A stretch of 64,000 nt of DNA. It comes from Phoronis australis. Its lineage: Eukaryota; Animalia; Phoronida. The notes below the pieces were generated by a model. That model was not told the origin of the DNA. It ran no database searches and saw nothing but the letters and a program-made list of their open reading frames with translations. Position 1 is the first letter of the stretch, and each line of letters begins with the position of its first letter. The translations under genes and the position numbers were made by a program. Below are positions 62,113 through 64,000 of the stretch, one piece after another. The stretch covers positions 1-64,000 of the forward strand of contig NMRA01000435.1 of the NCBI GenBank assembly GCA_002633005.1, read 5' to 3'.

Positions 62113-64000
62113 GTAAGCAATGTGTTCTGTAATTTGTTGCTAGGCAACAGAGAATTGAAAATTTCTGAGTCCAAATTTTGTCAGTGTTTTAACAGTGCAG
62201 TCTTGCTGCGTTGGCAGGCTTGGGATTGATATTCTATATTTCACGTGTCAACTTCACATTTGGTTACGTGAAATCTCAAAATATCACAAACATCTCGATC
62301 AGGTGTGGATTTTAAACTTCACATCTGGTTGAGATGTTCTTGGCATCAAGGTCACTACAGGACTGGAGAACGTGTGCTCTTCAAGTAAAATACGTGACCT
62401 TCAAGTAAAGTGATGGAAGTGTTTTCAGTTGCATTTGCTAAAGTGCATCGGGAAGACCTAACTATTTTGTGTGCCAGATATGCTTATCGTCAAGTTTGCG
62501 CTCGACACAATAAAATAGGACCACTGTTGCACAAACATGTCCACAAGCTAGCTCTGCTTGTAAAGTGTTCAGACAAAACATGAACGACCGTATCTACTGG
62601 GTTGGTTGTCATCTGACTTAGTGTGCACTAGTTCGCCCCTAATATCTGTTTTTTCAGTTATTATAGATCTGACAATGCAGTGTTATTGGAAAACAAAGTT
62701 TTAATGCAACCCAACATACGATTCTCTCTAGCCTTAAACATTTCTTTCAAAAGGTCTGCTTGCCCTTGACTTACTGGTCCAAAAAATTACAGTCAGTACT
62801 TATATGATGTATAGGACAGAAAGGACAAACAAATCACGCTTTCGGAACGTGACAGATATTGAAATCTGTTTCAGAGTCTTGTTTTAGGGCCGGTACTAAC
62901 TGCGTTCAGATTAATAATATTGCAAACCTATGCAGCCTCAGAGTGTGAATTATTTTGTCGTGGAAAGTAAGGATAGATGACAGAAAAGTGAAAACGTAAA
63001 AATGAAGCGAATATTTATGGGTACGTGGCAAAACAGAAAACTGGTCATATCAATCAGTGCCCAGAGCATGAGGAAGATTGAGGGCTGAGTGTTGACCAGC
63101 AAAGTAAGACCAGGTTTAAGGTTGTGTAGAACCATGTAAAAATATCCAACTTTGGCTGACTTCGGGATATCATATCTCAGTAAGGGCTGATCGGATTCAC
63201 AGGAAACTTTCAGACACCGTACTTTAGGCACTGGTCTCCAAAAAGCTGTTTGGAGATGTTTTTAAAGTGTTCCACTTTGGTATAAGGGGCTATCAAAGAA
63301 TAGGACGTTTATGATTTCCATCAAAAATGTTGCATGAAATGATATTTAATGAAACTGACAGCATCTTTGATATCTCACATTGAACATTTATATCAAATAA
63401 AATTCGATTATGTTACTGAAACCGTTGTCTTGCTGTCCATGTAGTTTCCTCTTTTGCTAAATCAAATTCTGCAGGCTTTCTTCTTTCAGAAAATATGTGC
63501 CCTTACTAGTTAACACGTATTTTAATTTTCTCGATATTTTGCTAAATGCTCTGACATGTCGATAAGGCCTTCATGACCTTAATTTTCTCCGGACCGACCG
63601 CGTAACATTTTGATCACTGCATGCAGACCAACATGATAATTATGTTTCAAAACAAGCAAAGTGAATAGACAGCCTGTTGGTTTTCAACTTTAACTTTTTG
63701 CGTGTCTGTATTTGTCAGAAAAAGGTTTAGTTTTCACCTTGTCAAAAATTGAAAATTTTGTGTTAGTGTTTGTGTTTGTGTTTGTGTGGAGATGTCAGGA
63801 TAATTGTGGGAGAGTCCTCAGTAGCAGATGTTGACTGGCCAGGCACTCACACGACTGCCCCAGGACCCGGTCAGCTTCCATTATAGTTTCTGAAAAGCTG
63901 AGAACGCATTATAAGATTTTCATGGGTTTTAATGCCCGGTTGCATGACACAGCTCAATGAGCCGATTGTCCGTATTTGTTCTATTTTAGTCTCATTACTT

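Overview
Intron-rich, AT-rich animal genomic DNA, most likely from a bilaterian marine invertebrate. It is a draft assembly with N gaps. I reconstructed five spliced protein-coding genes by hand from GT-AG sites and reading frame. They are the 5' part of an OSER1-like gene (-, runs off the left edge), a metadherin/LYRIC-like gene (+, 3960-24296, 379 aa), HBS1L (-, 45669-30498, 742 aa), PREB/SEC12 (+, 46017-54531, 415 aa) and the first two exons of FKBP12/FKBP1A (+, from 58414). OSER1/MTDH and HBS1L/PREB are head-to-head pairs. The most notable element is a ~1.34-kb alternative terminal exon inside HBS1L intron 5 that encodes a SKI7/HBS1LV3-like exosome adaptor with a PFDF..SPDD motif. Its 3' splice region is unusual: a distant branch point, a 171-nt AG-free zone, a probable hairpin, and tandem AG|GTAAG|AAG acceptors that could work as a recursive-splicing switch between HBS1 and SKI7. 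Introns hold many non-autonomous DNA transposons, including a hAT family with 5-bp TSDs, plus tRNA-derived elements and minisatellites. Three duplications next to single Ns look like haplotype-overlap artefacts. Gene names come from recalled motif similarity, not from database searches.
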